Positions 13,119 through 25,711 of a DNA stretch of 64,000 nt are shown in pieces. The stretch is taken from NCBI GenBank assembly GCA_021432655.1, contig MU271421.1:1-64000 (forward strand), written 5' to 3'. The notes beneath the pieces are model-generated. The model saw nothing but the letters and a program-made list of their open reading frames with translations. It was not told where the DNA came from and made no database searches. This DNA is from Atractiella rhizophila (taxonomy: Eukaryota). The position numbers were made by a program, and so were the translations under genes. Every line of letters starts with the position of its first letter. Position 1 is the stretch's first letter.

Positions 13119-16100
13119 ATGGACATAGACGTCTCCGCCGCGCAACCAATAGCGATGGGCGAATCCATGGACATGGAGGTGGACAAGCCTCCGTCACGGT
13201 CTCCGTCTCCCTCTTCCCGCTCGCACTCGCACCACGACTCGCCCTCTCCCCCGCCTCTGCCCGCGGTGGACGAGGCCGTGTTCGCGCAACAGCGTCTGGC
13301 GGAGCATGCGCTGCGCATGAACAAGCGCAGGGAGCGGCTGGAGGGCATCCCGCTCCTCGATTTGTTTGTGGATTTCAAGGCGTTGGTGCAGAGCAGGGGA
13401 GAGGGGTGTGTGGAGATTAGGGTGAGGGAGTTGGAGAGGGGTGGGGGTTGGGAGAGGGAGAAGTGGAGGGTTGGTGGGAGTGAGAGTGAGGGAGAGGGCA
13501 GTGGAAGTGAGAAGGAGAAGGAGAAGGAAAAGACGGTGTTGTCCTCTGTGGAAGTGAGTGCTCTCTTCATATGCTCAAGGATTATGGCTGTCGTTGTCCC
13601 TGTACCCACGAGAAGCGTGGGATATTTCTCATGGCGTACTTTAGGACAATGTTTGTGCTGACCGTGAATATGGCATCCTGTGCCGTCTGTTTGACTCATT
13701 TGCACAAGATGTATGACAAACTTGTCATACCGCAGTGATGTCGCTTTTGTCGACAGAGCTGCATGCTCAGTTGCAGAGTATGCAGTACCTTCCTGTTGAA
13801 GCACGTTACGATTGTTTTAGCTTACTCCTAAATGGATCGCAATGAAACAATTATGCCTTCAAAGAGAGAAGGCCTCACTCCTCCATCTCAACTGTCCCTC
13901 CATTCAATCATTTGTAAAGCATTTTATTTGGATCTCGTGAGCGCAAGTGTCAGTTACTGTCGACATTTCTGTATTTTTGTTTCTCTTCGCTTCAGAAGCG
14001 AGAAAGTTCTTGTTAGAATCGCCTTTTCTCACTCTTATTACAGAATGAAAGCTCATGACTGGAAGATCGATGAGGAAGGAATGCTTCATGCCGCATGTCG
14101 GATTACGGCACTGCAATTTGTTTCCTACGAAACGACTCAACTTTCCGTTCAGCTTCCCCTCCTCATCTTTCTCCTTCGAGACTCCTGTGTCTTGACTCTT
14201 GTTCGGAGTTTTAAGGCAGCAGTGCTGCGATCAGGATGATTTTATCATTGCATCTTTGGTCCTGGTATCCATTGCCATGGTCACTAGTCGCTATGGCAAT
14301 CCACACAAATTGCCATATGTGAGGAAGCTAAACACGAAGCAGTTTCTGCGTGCTGAACTGTCACATGATTCCTTCGAGAGTCAAGCGTGAAGCTGCTATT
14401 ATCGCTCTTGATTCATCCTCGTATCTCTGGTGAAACAAGGTCCTCCTTGCACCAGTGAAGGCTCCTTTATCCTTGTTCACTGTTTTTCAGTTCAGATTCT
14501 GGTGGGTATGTCGGCAGAGGGGGCGAGATTTCATCCTTCTCTCTGATAGACTGAATGCTGTAACTCAATCCCATTCCTCAGTAAGGTAGCCGACTTCGGA
14601 TTGATTGTTTCATGCAAATGAATAATTTTATTCTATAGCTAAATTCGACATAATATAGCTAAATATTTGCGTGATTGCGAGAGTTAGAGTATTGCTAACC
14701 TGATATTGTCTCACTGATATTGCACTATAGGGAGCTCCACCGCCGAAGAAGCGACGACGAGTTAATCGTCTCGTTCCTCGCGACGAAGGATACGATAAGG
14801 ATGACCCATTTGTGGACGATTCCGAAGCCAGTCTCAGTCTCCCAAAATTCTACGTTCGCCCAGCACGATCTGGGTTTTACGTTGCCTCGAGCACGTTGGC
14901 ATTAGCTGAGGGAAGGTCAGCGTGAGTTCTTCGCCATCAGATGATATTCAGCGCAAAGGCTCAAATATCTGTTTCCTATGAACAGCCAAACCAGGAGACC
15001 GCGAGGGCCCAAGAAGCCGAAGCTGGGACCTACCCATTCTGGATCGATGTTGGGAATCATGGGCGGCATGGGGAAGGTTGGGCCCAAAAAGAGGACCAAG
15101 GTCAAATCTGCCACGCCTTCCCTCTCAAGTCAATCCCTTCCAAAACTCCAAACACAAGTTCAGCCCAATCAACACACGGCCAGCGATGATTCCTTCGACT
15201 ACACCAAAGCCCGACCACCTTACAGCCCTTCGTCCCCACCGCCCCTCCATGCAACAGCACAAGTAGACTACAGTCCACCTATTGCACACAGCATGCCAGA
15301 AGGCTCATCGTACTCACCCATTACAATACGCGACGAAGGAGACATGACGTTTCCATTCAACTCTCCTAACATGTCAACATCTTCTATCCCTAAACCTAAG
15401 CCGCTAACAACATCGACAAAGCCCGTGACGGTTCACAAGCAGACGCCAGCCAAATCAGATGTGACGTTTGGCATGGCAGGCTCTCCGATCATTGTAGGGG
15501 ACGATTCACCAGCTGCGAGCACGGTCTCGATGAAAAAGAAGAAGAAAGATCCGGTTGCATTGCTTGTGGGCATCATTTTCATTGCCATCACAAGAGCTAT
15601 TGAGATTGAGTAATTACGCGTAGGCCTCGTTCCCAGAGAAGATCCAGCGATTTGTGGAGGTAGAGTTGAAGCCCATGGTTGCTAAAGGTGCGTCTTTGTT
15701 ATGGTGCATTTTCTGACTCTTGCTCAGACAACATCGGTTACAGAGAGTTTCGTTCCGAAGAACAAGTTTCCACCCGATCTTAAACCTCCGTTGATCGAGC
15801 TCTCTTGGCTGGCTTTAGAACTTGACCGCTATGACGATGACTTCTTCCTTCTCCTGACTACTATCTTCCCTTACAATCAATTCACCATGAAGGTCAGTCT
15901 CACTCACCTGCATCATCATCCCATTCTCACTGAGGATGCTACCATAGAAATTGGTCAAGAGAGAAATTTTTGATCGTCGGATCAAGCAGTACACGGAGTT
16001 GCAGCAGGAATCGGAGCGCCGTCTGAAAGATTTAGTTGCGAAGGATTTCCCGAGGCAGAAAGCCGCATATGAAGAACAGTTGAGAGAACATTCCCGAGCC

Positions 16101-16682
16101 ATCGCGAATGCGGAAGTTGTCATGCATTCGCTTCCAACAGGAGAGGTCGTCCCCGGATCTTATGATGTAAATGGACAGTGGGTTTCGCATCAAGGTAAGT
16201 TCTCTCTTTTGTTTGAAAAGCTTGCAATAACAATCCATATCGCTTATCCAGCGAGCGAACCCAAGAAAAAGTTCAAGATGTCGGAAGAGATGAAGGCGGA
16301 ACTTATTACTATGGTTAAACTAGAAAACGACATGTCCGAACTTCGCAGCGAAAAGTTGTAAGTTCTAGAGTGAGTACTAACTGAACCAGTATTGACGTAC
16401 GTACGACAGCGAATTGGAAAAGATGGGAGAGACTTGGAGTGACCTGGTTGCTCGCAAGGCTCTGTATGGACGTGTGAGTGCTTGTGTTTGTCCGTCGTCA
16501 GGAATTGAATTTCTTCGCAGTTGATGAATTTGTGGCCGGAAGAAGGTTGGATCACAACAAATGATTTCTCTCGATTCGGTACGCCACGTCTCCCTAATTA
16601 CTTCCGTGGCTGACTGGCCATGAATGCGCCAACAGTGTCTGTGGCAAAGAAAAAAGAGTCTAACGCGGCGACAGGGTCGTGA
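13119..16682 (+). CDS. HPC2/ubinuclein-family histone chaperone subunit (HUN domain + ubinuclein middle domain)
   Basis: The exon starting at 14731 reads PPPKKRRR...GYDKDDPFVDDSE...GFYVASS (HUN motif). A later exon reads FPPDLKPPL...IFPYNQFTMKKLV. Exon 1 (13119-13553) joins in phase 0 across intron 13554-14730. Last exon ends TGA at 16682. Confidence 0.8.
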
Positions 16683-17177
16683 ATATCCACATTCCCTGTG
16701 CCTTCGCGCAGGATTACTTCGTTCTGCTCATACCATAACCCTTTAACGAATGAAACTCTGATTTGAACTTCATTGAATCGTCAATTGTGTGGTAGGGACC
16801 CTTGCCGCGTTCTCGTCAGCTACCTCCTCGGAGGTATATTGTTCCAGGGGAAGGAAAGGGTCGTTTCACTTTGTAAGGGACGATACATAAAGTGCTCTTT
16901 GGACGGAGAACGCATTCAAGTTAAAACGGAATCCAACTGAGGTCGGAGTCATTTATGACGATAAACGTCGAATGTTAGACCTTGACTGGGGCTTACCGGA
17001 TTTCTGCGACTTCCCCGCTCTGGCGGCGATGTACGTTGCTCGGTCCTTCGCACTCTTGGGACCAATAAAGGAGGGCTAGTTGTGCCAGCGAGCAAAATCA
17101 CCAAGAGAGAGAAATACTCAAGGCTGAAAGCACCATCCATCAGGAAGAAGGAAATATTTCTCTCCGAGTCCTGCGCC

Positions 17178-19618
17178 ATGGCTCTCAGAGACGTCTCCTT
17201 TAGCAGTAACGAGTTGTTGCTGCTTGCCATATCCCTCAGCTTCTTGTTTTTACTCATAAAATAGTAAGTTCTCACTTCGCAACAGAGTTCCAGAGTTCGG
17301 ATGCTAAACAATGGCTTCCAGTCCCAACCGAGCCATTTTTACGTCTCATAGACCAGATCTAGTTCAGCCACCTGGGCTTCCCATTGTAGGGCACTTTTTC
17401 AGTACCATCAGGAGAAAAGAGCGCCAACATGAATACTCCCTGGCTAACCTGAGAAAACGAGGCTACGGCACAGCTACGACTCTACCAGGCATCCGAGTTA
17501 TTGATATCTCGAAACCAGAGTGGATCGAGTATGTGCAAAAAGGTTCGCCTTCTCATTTCTACCCAATCAAAGACTCAGAATTTTATCAAGCGAACTTCGA
17601 CAACTACCCCAAAGGATGGATTTTCACCTCCGTGACGAGCGACTTTTGGGGAGTGTGAGGCATGCTCCATTTGCAATGCGTTCTTTGCTCGCTGACATAA
17701 CCTAATGATTTCAAGCGGTATTTTTAATGCGTACGCTATTCACAACGCTCTTTGATCAATCTCATGTTCTTCTCAGGGATGGGAACCCTTGGTCAGTCAA
17801 TGAGTACTGTCCAACTCCTTCGTTCTCATTTCAATCTTAGGTACTATCAACGTAAAATCATCAGGTACAGCTCCGGTTTTCTTTGTTGCGTTACACTTAT
17901 GCCCCGTACAGCCATATCTTTTCCGTCTCACGATTCAAGAGCGTTATTTCATCCTCTATCCGTCGCGCATCTGAGGATTTCGTTACGTTCCTCGACGATA
18001 TAGCATCAAATAAGAACGATTACATGCTCAGCGACGGTTTCTACCGCTTTACCATGGAAAGCTTTAACCGGATGGCGTTTGTGACATCTCTATTCTGCCC
18101 CACGAGCTGACATATGAAGGTAGATTCGGAGAAGATTTAGGTTTGCTCGAGCGCGGTAAAATCGACAAGGTGGTGCCTTTTGCAAAAGCTTTTGATGACG
18201 TCGGTTTGCCTATACGAGGTGGTAATGTAGGCATTGACACATCGGGTACAGGCGCATATCGAGCTTAATAGGCGATTTGTTGATCCTGTTTTCTGGAAAT
18301 TTACCGGGTGGTTCACGTCCGCCAACAAAGCCATGAAGGAGCACATCAAGCTTGTTGACGACTATGCATACGGGATGATCAGGGCAAGGCATGCAGTGTC
18401 GAAGGCGAGCGACGGAACGGACAGCAGGAAGGATCTCCTCGACCTGTTCTTAGAAATGACACACGAAGATGGCACCAAGTTATCAGAGAAAGAAGTCAGA
18501 GACATGGTCTTGAATCTAATCATTGCTGGGTGCGTTGATGAAGTGCTAACACTCAATTTGCTGAGATTCTGTCACAGGAGGGACACGACAGCTGCAGCTT
18601 TGTGAGGCTCTACAACTTCAGCCTTCCTGGCAATCTCATGGTGAACGCAGGTCCTATACCTTTTTCCGACTCATCAAACACCCCAAGTACATTGCATGGC
18701 TGCGTGAGGAAATTGAGGAGCGGAAAGCTACCGATGGAACTACTGATGACAATGTTGTTGAGTACGACAATTATAAGGTGAGCAGAGCGCTAAAGAAGAC
18801 TATTTTTAAAGTATCTGCAGAGCTTTGTGCGAGCCAATGCGATCTTTTATGAAACTCTCCGTTTGCATCCTAGCGTGCCAGGCGTAAGTCTTTAGTCCTT
18901 CGGCCTAGCGCATGCTTACCACTATTCCTCAGAACGTCAAGCACGTCTTCAGCCCCATGTAGTCTTGAACTAACTCGTATGGGTAGAGTTGCCCTCAAAG
19001 ACGATCAAATTCCCAATGGCCCCAGAATAGAGGCCGGAGACCTAGTCAGGTACGTCGCAATCCGCCAATGTTGTACAGAAGGCTAAGCAGATGAATAGGT
19101 GGAACGATTGGTAAGAAATGTTATTTCCTCGAATATCTCGGCTCATTTGGGCACAGGCAAATGGGCAGAGACGAGAATATCTGGCCTAACGCATGCGAGT
19201 TCCAACCGGAGAGATGGATTGACGAGAAGGGACAATTCAAGCAAGTTTCGCCGTACAAGGTGGGGTCGTCACAATTCTTTCTGAATGAGAATCACCTTGC
19301 TCACGAGAACAACAGTTTCATGCCTTCAATGCCGGTGCTCGCCTTTGCGTCGGACAAAACCTTGCTACCTTTGAGGGAATCTACGTTATTGTAACCCTCG
19401 TGAACAGATATGACTTTTCGTTTGCAAAAGGATGGTGGGAGAATTGTCGCAAGACGAACGGCATTGAAGGAATTGAGGACGATTCACCGTTCGTGTCCCC
19501 GTCATTACCCAACTCTCACCAAACGAACTAATGTCTAAACAGATTGTATTGGGATACACTGGTCCCTGGGCCGAAGGATGGGTTGAAGGTCAACATCAGA
19601 AGGAGGTCAGCAGACTGA
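17178..19618 (+). CDS. Cytochrome P450 (resembles the CYP52/CYP86/CYP704-like fatty-acid hydroxylases), highly fragmented exons
   Basis: N-terminal TM anchor, PPGLPIVG, I-helix NLIIAGRDTTA, ExxR (ETLRLHPSVP), FQPERW, heme motif FNAGARLCVG. Ends RRRSAD* at 19618. Confidence 0.92.
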
Positions 19619-19792
19619 AAGTCGCTTCAGTTGGTCAGCTTTTGTGGAATGAATCTGGCTTTATACCACGGACGTTGCAATGTACAAGAATACAACCACT
19701 CATACGACTGCACTATACAAACGGCCGTGCAATCCACACTTAACAAAGTCTCAGCATTCGTCAACATGTGACGATAGCATCTGCCTCGACGT

Positions 19793-21844
19793 TCAATGGA
19801 GGGGCTCATTGGCGAGCCACTTGTTGAACATGACGAGGGAGTTCTTGGGCTGATCCATGGGAATCATGTGTCCTGCCCATCAAGAAATCATCAATTATGA
19901 TCCATTGAGGTCGATGGAAAGAAGAAACGCGTACCTCCACCATAAGCTTTGAGAAACGTCAAGCTACCAGCGCCTGAGTACAGTTGCAGTGTCAGACATC
20001 AGCGATAAACAGTCATGTAGTAGACTGGATACGAACCTTTGCCAGCAGCTTTAACGACACCAGCTTCTTTACCATCAACCACAAAGGGTTTCTCAGCAAA
20101 GGCGTTGAACTCGTCCTGGAAGGTGCTGTTCATGGCAGACACCCAAGCCTATTGTGCATGAATAGAACCCATATTAATCTGTTGTATGCGGAAGTGTAAG
20201 AAAAGGACGCACAAGATTACCCATCCAGTTGCACTGCATGATTCCTAGAGGTCAACATTCCGACAAAACGGAAGGAAAAGTGAACAGACCATGTAATCAA
20301 ACTCTGGACCACAGCATCAGCAGAACAACAACTGATAAGTAAATGCGGACGAACCCCCGGCATAAATAAGGAAACGGATTCCATCCTTCAACATCTCCGG
20401 GATAGGTTCAGAGCGGTCCTTCATTCCGTCTCCAGCGAACATGAAAGCTTGATTGACCTGCATGTTGCAGCTCTGGAAGTTGACTTTGCTCGGCACGCCG
20501 AGCTCCTCCTTCACATCCGCATTGTTAAGGTATGTCTCGATCCATTCAAGTTCCCTGTAGCACAACGGACCATCCTCTCCATTCCTGTCGCACTTTCTTC
20601 TGATATCGTAAGGGTTCAATCCGGCTTGTTGTATCGGTCCATACAAGTTCGTGTTGCAGTAGATGGCAGCGGGGACGCAGGCAAGACGGGAACCAGAGGA
20701 ATAGCAGGAGGAGACGAGACGCTGGCAAGTTTGTGCAGAAGAGCGCATGCGAGAGCACGTAAACTCATCGAAGATCGCGTATTCTGAAGGAGCACAGGCA
20801 TATTCGGGAATCTGCCCGACTTGCGTGAAAGGTTCAGTGATTCCGTTTCCAATGAGGACGGATTCCAAAGGGATGTGAACAATGTCTCTAAGAGGAGAAT
20901 CCGCCGTCAGTCGCCTCGCTTGACGCCTCTTGTTGCCCTTGTGAATCGCGCTGGAGATGGTCGGAGCATAGTGACCTCCATAGGATTCAGCAGCGAGGGA
21001 GAACGGGAGGTGCTTGTACTTGGGAAATTGCTGATAGAAGAGCTGCATAAAAGCGTATACATCCTTGGCCGCATCTGGACTGTTATTGACGGTTTCCCCA
21101 TCGGACCAGGAGTATCCAACTTGAATGGGTTGATCCAAGAAAATCATGCTGGCGTTGGAGTTCCAGCTGTAATCGTTGAATTTGGTTTGGCGACCTTCGT
21201 CAGAAATGGTGCAGGGACCCAATTCGAATAGCAAGCCGGTGGAGGAGGAACAACCTTCCATATGCTTTCAGAATGGAGTTACAATATAGAAGATAGGACA
21301 CACCAGGTCCACCGTTGAGCCACATCACAACTGGGTCGGAGGAGGGATCGTTACGAGATTCGAAGAACCAGAAGAATAGGTGACGCGAGTTCGAGACATC
21401 GAGGTAACCGGAGTATTGAACAACGGTGGGATCACACAGCTTGAATAGCAAGCAGCTTTCAGGACATGACCGAGAGTGGGGCAGAAGAGGAACTGTACCT
21501 TCGGTTGCTTGAGCATGAGACGATGTTCAGGAAACGCTCGATGCGCGACAATGGTGTCTTCATCACTTCTGTTACCACCTTCCCAAAATTGCAGAAACAA
21601 AGGCCTCACAAGCACTCAAATCATTGTCCTCAAAGATGCCAAATCTTCTTTTCGGCTCTCCAACATCTTGACCAGTCAAAAAGTCTTGAAACTCGGCAGT
21701 GACACCTTCAAGCTCTGTTTGGACTTGCTCCAAATCAGGGTTGCTGAAAGTGAGCTGGTCTACTCCTTCCCGAAACAAATCGGAAATGGTTGCAGAGGCT
21801 GCTAGAGTTGCAAGGGCGAGGATAGGGCTCACAGACTTCTTCAT
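19793..21844 (-). CDS. Serine carboxypeptidase S10 (carboxypeptidase Y-like)
   Basis: Signal peptide, QYSGYLDV...LFFWFFESR...[20 protein letters not shown], nucleophile motif AESYGG, and C-terminal GHMIPMDQP ending NEPLH* at 19793. Confidence 0.93.
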
Positions 21845-22200
21845 GGTCGTTCAGGCTGGTGGTGAGAGTGGGTGAGAGACCCTGACTTCGTTTCCGCATC
21901 AACCGAACGAAATTTCAAATGGAGGCAAACCATGACTCTACTCCTCAGGCAGCTAAATAAAATATAAACAGCCATTTGCAGATAATGAAGCTTGGGCGAG
22001 CTACATCTGGATAGTTCTAGGCGAGACAGAAATATTGGGTTGCATTCCGAAGTACATTATCCAATACAACTACACATCCTTTGATACTTTATTCTTCGTT
22101 TACTTTAACAAGCACCATTGCGACAATTATTTCCTTTTCAAACAATTCCCATACTCAACAGCATTATTCAGGCCAAAATCGTGATCGTTCCGTTCGAAGT

Positions 22201-23463
22201 TCACACTCTCCTAGTGTTCGCCAACCTTGACAAAACAGGATTGTACCTGCTCGCCAGTCCTCTGGAGAGGGGATAATGTCCGGCACGCTGATAGACGCCT
22301 CGAAGATCTCTGAGTTGACCGCTCGAAGGTCCATAGGCTCCCCTTCCGAGGTAGTAGTTCATTCCGTATCCTCCGTACACCTGTGGGTGAGGGTTGGAAT
22401 CACGTCCCCAAAGCTCGGGGTGTCTCCTACAATGAATGGACAAAGGTTAGATTACTCGAACGACAACGGCAGAGAAGAGGAAAGACGTACTGGGCATAGC
22501 TTCCTGGCCCACCGTGTGGCGGGACGTATTGTGCCCATGACTCGAAGTCATAGCCGTAGTGGGGACCATAGCGTCTCCCCCACCAACCTCCTAGACCGAG
22601 ACCAAGAATCTCTCTCTCTTCCTAAGTCATCCACAACAGCCTTTTAGCAAGCTGTCCGTTGAAAAGAGAGAGACTTAACACACCTCAGCCATTTGTGCCC
22701 AGCGAAGTTGGCGCTGCTCCTCGTCAAGTTCTTCCCATGACAATCTCATACGCCAACGGCGAATACGTTCTTCTTCAGAGATCGCAGCGTCCAGACGAAG
22801 AGCATCTTCATACTGACTACAGCAGCAAGCACCTCAGTTACATTAGTCTGCCAAGACAAAGGATTCCGCCTACCGGAGATCTTGTAAGGCGTAAAACTCG
22901 TCATGATACGCCGAGTCCAAGCCGATAAGCGAAGCATCGTACGTCCCGTACCCTCCATAGTAGTCATAATAGTTATCTGCGAGCGAACAGATGAAAATGG
23001 TTGAGGACGGGGTGGACGAACGCACCTCCGAAATACGAGGTCAACCCTCCATCATAATAGTTATCGAAGCCGTAATAATCCCAATTGCTGCATCCAAAGC
23101 ATTCAATTACACTTGCCCATTTCATAGAACGACAGAGGAAAGAGCGCACTCGAGCAAACCCAACCCATAGCCATATCCTCTATCATCCAAATACAAGCCA
23201 GTGTCATAAGAATCGACGTAATAAAGATCTGATCCGTAGCCCACTCTGCCAGGGTATTCATCGAGAGGGAAGTATTCATCATAAAGCGTGTTATAGCTAT
23301 CGAGATAGGTGTCGTCGTAGTAGCTTAAGCCAGAGCCCATGTAGGTAGAGCCATACGGTTCGACCACCTGCAAGGAGGATATCAGAACACTCTTGAGGGA
23401 ACAAAATGGAAAACTCGCCGTAGCAACTCCATCATAGGGATCTGGGTCATAAACCAATGCCAT
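22201..23463 (-). CDS. Hypothetical Tyr/Gly-rich low-complexity protein, multi-exon
   Basis: A chain of minus-strand exons with consistent Y/G/D-rich then Y/G/R-rich composition, separated by short GT-AG introns. Start is probably MALVYDPDPYD (23463); 23499 is an alternative. Confidence 0.6.
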
Positions 23464-23761
23464 CGTGCGCGATTTCTCAAGCGAGTTGAATTTGGACATC
23501 TATGTGAACTTTTTTGACAAAGCAGGCCAAAATTTCGTCAATTTTCATCTATATATATATTCCCTGTTTTCGGGAACGTATTTTCATTCTGCCTACAAAC
23601 CAGACTGGAGCATGCGAAACGTTTACGCATCCCTTCTCTTAAGCTATAGCGTCGGCATGCACGATCCTGAGGGTGAGCGAGTGAATATGCGAACATTTGA
23701 TGTAGTTCATTGCTTCTGTACAAATCCTTATTTAGCTGATAGACTGATCATCTCCTCCTCT

Positions 23762-24663
23762 TCAGTGCTGCTGCAATTTGGCTTTCTCCTCCAGGACCTT
23801 CTTAACAGGTGCCATCTCCACCATCTTCTTGTGCCACTCATAAACTTTAGGGTATTTTTCAGGCTCGTCGATGCCTTTGAGAGGACCCAAAGCAGCCTAC
23901 AACCCACGTCAGGTGATTCTACAAAAGGATCAGCCAGTGAGCGCACTGTTAGGTTCCATGTAATGAAGGAAAGATCAGCAATGGTGCATTTCGATCCACC
24001 GAGCCATTCCCTCTTGGACAAGATGTCCTCAAGGACGCTCCATACCCGATTCACCTCGTTCTTGTACCGCTCTTGAGCTGAAGGAATCTTCTCTGGGTGG
24101 AACACGTTAAACCAAACGAATTGGCCGAAGCTGCACCAACCGTTTAGCAAGGTACAATATCTGTAAGGAACGGGGCTGCTCACTATGGACCTTGTCCACT
24201 CGACTGGAAGAAAAGGTATTGCAGCTCGATATACTTGTCCTCCGGCGAGGCCGCGGAGATTTTTCTCTCAGTGTCATACCTAAACAACGTCAGCACGGTT
24301 TCAGCAGTCAAGGTGGACAATACTTGTCAACGAGATACAGAATAATCGCACAAGACTCCCAAATAGTAAAGTCGTTGTTTCTGTGATCTATCAAGGTCGG
24401 TGCTCGTCCGTTCGGATTGAGCTTGGTGTATTCAGGTGCCTTGTGTTCGCCTGCAGCGAGGGGTCAGTCAACTTCTTCAAAAAGGGCGTCACCTGCCTTT
24501 TTGGAAGTCCAAGAATTTTTGTTCATACTTGAGTCCCAAGATTTCAAGTACGATTGCTACCTTCCAAGGCTAAAGTCGGGAAAGGAATAAGGTGAAGTGT
24601 TCGAAAAAGGGGAAAACGTACGTTTGGCCCACCAGTGTGAGAGTAGAGGGTGAAATCGGCCAT
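23762..24663 (-). CDS. Glutathione S-transferase, Ure2p-like class (copy 1)
   Basis: MADFTLYSHTGGPN/PWKVAIVLEILGL, EHKAPEYTKLNPNGRAPTL, IWESCAI, LQYLFFQSSGQG, KCTIADLSF. Ends KLQQH* at 23762. Confidence 0.92.
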
Positions 24664-25241
24664 CGTGTCTTGGTGTTATGCAAAGTTGGGTCAAACGCTT
24701 CTTCGTTGAGGAATGTAGGTACCTCCCTTCCCCTTTTATACCTTCCCTTCATACCCGTCATACTGAAGCGCACCACTCGCTTCCACAAGGGACCGCGATT
24801 GTGCGCTGACATGTGATGACACTAGCTGAGGGTCACTGAAAATATGGGCCCGACAGGACGAGCTCACTGGAAAGGGAATGAATTGGCAACAAAAGAAACA
24901 AAAGAAGCCAGAATAGGACGAAGGAGCTCCCGCACGCACCAACTGGCAAAAATATGAACTATCCTGGTTGCGCCTAATCCCAAGGTGATGAAGCATGAGA
25001 AAAATACTGGAGAACGGGAGCTTGCCCTGACCGACGGCCGCAAGGAGTCTTCGCTGGTGCAGGATGGTCGTCGGCAAGCTTAACCTCACCGATGGCAGGA
25101 TGCAACAACCTCATGGGTTGAGCTTTCGATCCGAGAATAGGCAAGCTGTCTCAACTGACCATTTGCATCTTACCAGCCGTGGCCAGAGTTGGAAGCTGAC
25201 ACTGAGCTGACATACATGGTGACTCAGCAGTGGAAAGCGGG

Positions 25242-25279
25242 CACTCAGCCCCTGGAAAGACTCCCGGCGCTGGTTAGGT
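25242..25279 (+). repeat. Left terminal inverted repeat (imperfect)
   Basis: cactcagcccctggaaagactc...gctggttaggt matches the reverse complement of 34344-34381 at 28/38 positions ungapped, with a perfect ccctggaaaga core. Confidence 0.7.
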
Positions 25280-25419
25280 TCTGGTAAAGTGATAGTTTGG
25301 TGCAATGTAGGTGCGGAGTGCTGAAAGAGTGAAAATTCCGGACTCTCAAACCACTCCCCCAGCACCAAGTTAAGCACTCAATTAGGTGGTGTGGGCATAC
25401 TTCGCAGATGTCCATCAAG

Positions 25420-25711
25420 GTACTCTCTAGGTGCTGAACACGTTCGATTTAGGTGCGGTTTAAGCGTCTCTTGGAGTGCTTATTGAGGTTACTTTCAGTG
25501 CTTTATGAGCGCTTGTCTGGTTTGCTTTAGGTGCAGTTATCGTGCCTTTTGAGGTGCTTATCAGGTTTCATTTAGGTGCAATCACAACGCCTTATGGGTG
25601 CTGGTAAGGTACTGCTGTACGTGCGGTTGGAGTGTTTTCGGAGTGCCGATTGAGTTCGCTTTCAGTGTTGTTACAGTGCCTATAGAGTGCTCTCAGGTTC
25701 GCTCAAAGTGG
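25420..25711 (+). repeat. Left subterminal array of degenerate RGTGC motifs with ~11-bp period
   Basis: GTGC at 25431, 25453, 25476, 25498, 25531, 25542, 25554, 25576, 25598, 25621, 25643, 25676 and 25687, with GTAC/GTTC/GTGT/GCGC variants at the intervening ~11-bp positions. Confidence 0.75.

Noticed and set aside
11147..13804. Several long overlapping ORFs (11557-12234, 12165-12758, 13037-13804) and strong purine/pyrimidine skew
   Set aside because: These are antisense shadows of Glu/Lys/Gly-rich exons of La and HPC2. The skew is explained by codon content.
13554..14730. Telomerase RNA in the long intron (suggested by the neighbouring La-family gene)
   Set aside because: I saw no TAACCCTAA-type template. 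Adjacency alone is not evidence.
25420..25711. CRISPR-like or coding repeat interpretation of the periodic array
   Set aside because: There are no conserved 25-40-bp repeats with unique spacers and no cas genes, and the context is eukaryotic. It fits transposon subterminal repeats.
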